From Ignavibacteriota bacterium (lineage in GTDB: Bacteria > Bacteroidota > Ignavibacteria > UBA10030), in NCBI GenBank assembly GCA_963701295.1, contig OY969585.1, forward strand, positions 864,001 through 928,000: a stretch of DNA of 64,000 nt. The letters are read 5' to 3'. Positions 60,656 to 64,000 of the stretch are shown here, piece by piece (positions within the stretch are counted from its first letter, which is position 1; each line of letters starts with the position of its first letter). The notes under the pieces are model-generated. The model had not been told where the DNA came from. It made no database searches and worked only from the letters and a program-made list of their open reading frames with translations. The position numbers were made by a program, and so were the translations under genes.

Positions 60656-63202
60656 TTACATCATTCCCTGCGGGTCAACATCGATAATCATTTTGATCTT
60701 CCTGTTCGAGGCAATGGAGGATGTTTCATACTGTGCTTTTGCTTTGAGGAGTGCAGAACGAAGAAACGAGCCGGAAGGATCACTGCTTTTTAGATCTTTC
60801 ACTACGACATGCTTACGATACACATTTTTGATCTTCGGGATGGCGGCATCGGCAGGACCAAGAACAATGAATCGCTTTTGTTGGTTATGCATCGCGAGAA
60901 ACTCGGCAAACTTTTTTGCGTGATGCTGAACTTCATTTTCCCGTTCACCTGAAAATTCCAGAAGCACAATCCGAGAAAATGGCGGATAGTCCAATTCACG
61001 CCGATATTCTAATTCTTCTTTATAGAATCCATGGAAATCATGCAAGATGACATGCTTCAAGCTGTAGTGATCTGGTTGCAATGTCTGGATAACAACTTCA
61101 CCGGCAAGATTACTTCTTCCTGCCCGGCCTGAGACTTGTGTGAGCAATTGAAAAGTGCCTTCGGAAGCACGAAAATCTGGAAGAAGCATTTGCGTATCGG
61201 CAGAAATCACACCCACCAGAGTCACGCGCGGAAAATCCAATCCCTTTGCAACCATTTGTGTGCCGAGGAGAATGTCCGCTTTACCGGATTCAAACTGCTT
61301 CAGAATTTGATTGTGTGCTCCTTTGCCGCTTGTGGTATCACGATCCATCCGCAATATGATTGCCTTTGGAAAGAGTTCCTGTAATTCTTCCTGTACTTGC
61401 TGTGTGCCGAATGCATGCATGCGCAGTTCTATACTACTGCACTTCGGGCAGATTGTCGGCGGCTTCTTCACAAAGCCACAGTAGTGACAGCGAAGATGTT
61501 TTTTCGTGGTATGGAACGTCAGCGAGACTTCACAGTTGTCGCACTTTTCTACGTAGCCGCATTCGTAGCATTCCATAACATGCGAGAAACCGCGCCTGTT
61601 TTGAAGAAGAATCGTTCCTTCTTTACGCTCAAGTCGTTTGACAATTTGTGATTGAAGAAGTTGCGAAATGGAAGAATCTGGCAAACGTTTAGGAAATGGT
61701 TTCGCACTTATCTTGATTTCTTTCTTTAAATCTTCGTACACACGCCGCCGTTCTTTTGCCATATCGACAATATTGATAGTTGGAAGCTGGGCGGTGTCAA
61801 CACGATTGGGAAGTTCAAGAAGTGTGTACTTTTCGTGGATGGCATTGGCATAACTCTCTGCCGATGGAGTCGCTGAACCGAGCACAACCACTGCCTTGAT
61901 ATGCGATGCACGGACAAGCGCAACATCGCGAGCGTTGTAACGCGGCGCGGCATCGTATTGCTTGTAAGAGCCGTCGTGCTCTTCATCAACTACAATCAGC
62001 CCGATGTTTTCCAAAGGTGCAAAGATTGCCGAGCGTGGCCCGATGACGATCCTTGCTTTCCCTTGATGCGCCATACGCCATGCATCATACCGCTCACCAA
62101 TGGACATTTGACTATGCATCACCGTAACGTCATCGCCAAAATGCGCTTTGAATCGTCGAACTGTTTGTGGTGTGAGTGAAATTTCCGGAACCAAAACAAT
62201 CGCTGTTTTACCAAGTGTCATTATATTGCGAATTGCTTCGATATACACTTGCGTTTTTCCGCTGCCAGTGATGCCGTGCAAAAGAAATGCACGGAATGAA
62301 CATGCCAACGTCGCAGCAACAATTTCGTTAAGTGCGTGCTGCTGGTTTGTATTCAACGTGATATTGGATGGCGGTTCGATTGGCTCAAACTCTGAGCGCC
62401 GGAATACTTCGCGCTCGCCCATACGCAGCAGACCGTTTTTTACTAGTGTCTTTAGAGAAGAGAGCGAGCCGTGATGGCGTTGCAAAAAGGAATTGATTTC
62501 GATCGAATCGGCTTCGGAAGATATTTCCTTCCGGAGTGCATCAATAATAAAAAGCTGCTTGGCAGAAAGCGATGCTGTGCTTGTTTTATCCGTAAAAATT
62601 TTCAATCCGCTGGATGCTATGGCAACAAAACGTTCCAACTTCAGTTTCGCTTTCGGCTTTTCGATTTCTTCTGTTATAGAAATCCATCCACGTTGGTGCA
62701 TCTCGCTTAAAATCGCATGAATACTTTTCGTGTGCGATTTCCGTTGGACTTGTGCAAGGTTCACTGGTGCACCATGGGCTAATGCCTGCAGTATAGCGTG
62801 CTGCTGTGGTGCAGATTTCTTCGTTGCCTGAAGAAGAACTTCAATGTCTTGAGTAACCAGGCGGATAATCTGCTTGCTTACCTGTGACAATCCCTGCGGC
62901 GTTGCAGCTCTTAGTACTTCGCCCCAGGGTGTAAAATAGTATTCACTGATCCACTTAGTAAGTAAAAGCATTTCCGGCGAAAATGTCGGTTTCGTATCGA
63001 GAATATCGGTTATTGGTTTGAGTCCCCGGACATCCGTCGTTGCCGGCAGTCCAACGATGACGCCGGTGAGATGTTTTTTTCCGAAGGGAACAAGTACGCG
63101 CTTGCCGGGAAGAACTGACGGCTGAAGTTCAGGTGAAACGAGATATGTGAACATGCGGTCGATGGGAACTGGGAGGGCGATATCGACGAGAAACTGTTGC
63201 AC
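60656..63202 (-). CDS. priA: Primosomal protein N'
   Basis: GITGSGKT, VPEISLTPQ, DEEHD, NRRGF, Cys-rich region, GTQMVAKGLDFP, QVSGRAGR, DVDP. Confidence 0.97.
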   Translation of the reverse strand: MQQFLVDIALPVPIDRMFTYLVSPELQPSVLPGKRVLVPFGKKHLTGVIVGLPATTDVRGLKPITDILDTKPTFSPEMLLLTKWISEYYFTPWGEVLRAATPQGLSQVSKQIIRLVTQDIEVLLQATKKSAPQQHAILQALAHGAPVNLAQVQRKSHTKSIHAILSEMHQRGWISITEEIEKPKAKLKLERFVAIASSGLKIFTDKTSTASLSAKQLFIIDALRKEISSEADSIEINSFLQRHHGSLSSLKTLVKNGLLRMGEREVFRRSEFEPIEPPSNITLNTNQQHALNEIVAATLACSFRAFLLHGITGSGKTQVYIEAIRNIMTLGKTAIVLVPEISLTPQTVRRFKAHFGDDVTVMHSQMSIGERYDAWRMAHQGKARIVIGPRSAIFAPLENIGLIVVDEEHDGSYKQYDAAPRYNARDVALVRASHIKAVVVLGSATPSAESYANAIHEKYTLLELPNRVDTAQLPTINIVDMAKERRRVYEDLKKEIKISAKPFPKRLPDSSISQLLQSQIVKRLERKEGTILLQNRRGFSHVMECYECGYVEKCDNCEVSLTFHTTKKHLRCHYCGFVKKPPTICPKCSSIELRMHAFGTQQVQEELQELFPKAIILRMDRDTTSGKGAHNQILKQFESGKADILLGTQMVAKGLDFPRVTLVGVISADTQMLLPDFRASEGTFQLLTQVSGRAGRSNLAGEVVIQTLQPDHYSLKHVILHDFHGFYKEELEYRRELDYPPFSRIVLLEFSGERENEVQHHAKKFAEFLAMHNQQKRFIVLGPADAAIPKIKNVYRKHVVVKDLKSSDPSGSFLRSALLKAKAQYETSSIASNRKIKMIIDVDPQGMM

Positions 63203-63258
63203 AAATTACTGAAGAGTGATAAATAAACGATTCTCGATGAAGGAAGGATAAATCGATC

Positions 63259-64000
63259 TCAACTGTTCAACTCGCGTTCAAAAATTCGATAAACTTCTGC
63301 AAGAGGAACGTTCTTCTCCGAAGCGATACGTTTACATTCTTCGAACTCTACACGCAGTTGCTCTTTCCCTTCCACGACGATCACTTTGACAGAAACAATG
63401 CCGAACGATGTATTCATCTGTTTGTGAGCACGGAGCAGCTTCTTCCGTTCGACCGGTTGAATGCGCACACCAAGGGTCGTTGTCTCGCGGAAAACAATAC
63501 CAAGGATTCGCTCGATCTTTGCGCGCTCCACAAGCACCGAAAGGAGAATGCCTGGTCGTCCTTTTTTCATCACAATCGGAATAAGATAGGCGTCGTGCGC
63601 ACCGGCAGTTATAAGCTTCTCGATGACGTACGGATAAATCTCTGGATTCATATTATCGATGTTGGTTTCAATGCTTACAATTTGATCGGCAACGTACTCT
63701 GGTTCTAGTTCACCTATGAGAACACGCAGGAGGTTCGGAAGTTGTTCAATCTCGCGTCCCCCTGCGCCATAACCAATCGTGGATACTTGGATTTTTTCTG
63801 TACTCAACACACCCTGCGAAAGCGCTTTGATAATTGCGGCTCCGGTTGGTGTCGTCAGTTCAAACGGAACATCAGTCAATACAATAGGATAGTCTTTGAG
63901 AATTTCCATCGTTGCAGGTGTGGGAACGGGCAGCATGCCGTGCTGGGTTTTCACCATCCCGCCGTTGCCGACTTTCACCGGCGATGAATAAACAGCTTGA
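63259..64000 (-). CDS. larC: Nickel pincer cofactor biosynthesis protein LarC (C-terminal part; start beyond the window)
   Basis: HGMLPVPTPAT, ELTTPTGAA, GYGAG, ETNIDNM, MKKGRPG, ETTTLGVR, EFEEC. Confidence 0.92.
   Translation of the reverse strand, partial: QAVYSSPVKVGNGGMVKTQHGMLPVPTPATMEILKDYPIVLTDVPFELTTPTGAAIIKALSQGVLSTEKIQVSTIGYGAGGREIEQLPNLLRVLIGELEPEYVADQIVSIETNIDNMNPEIYPYVIEKLITAGAHDAYLIPIVMKKGRPGILLSVLVERAKIERILGIVFRETTTLGVRIQPVERKKLLRAHKQMNTSFGIVSVKVIVVEGKEQLRVEFEECKRIASEKNVPLAEVYRIFERELNS

Overview
This is a gene-dense chromosomal window of about 48 genes. It is most consistent with an Ignavibacteria-like member of the Bacteroidota/Chlorobiota group (inference from a T9SS-type C-terminal domain, Bacteroidota-type LptD, the SurA x3 + MoxR block, and E. 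coli-like sigma70 promoters with Shine-Dalgarno sites). From left to right it holds: an outer-membrane biogenesis block (partial lptD, beta-barrel, vWA protein, S8 protease, MoxR, three SurA/PpiC proteins); a GldAFG-like ABC system; an acyl-CoA synthetase with an XRE-cupin regulator; a decayed Gfo/Idh/MocA pseudogene; a K+ channel; a DUF6057 / CxxCH beta-propeller lipoprotein / Rid-chorismatase-like operon; fba; sppA; a homoisocitrate-dehydrogenase-like + ICL-family lyase + LeuCD cluster carrying a repeated hairpin; an S46 peptidase; xerD, ligA and rodZ; a second K+ channel; a LonC-like protease; nth, DUF72 and a CNNM protein; a frameshifted SF1 helicase-like gene; hpnE; priA; and partial larC. 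I found no tRNA, rRNA, CRISPR array or IS element. The most striking observation is the helicase-like protein, in which essentially every catalytic residue is substituted while the scaffold is kept. All family calls are by-eye motif recognition, with no database searches.
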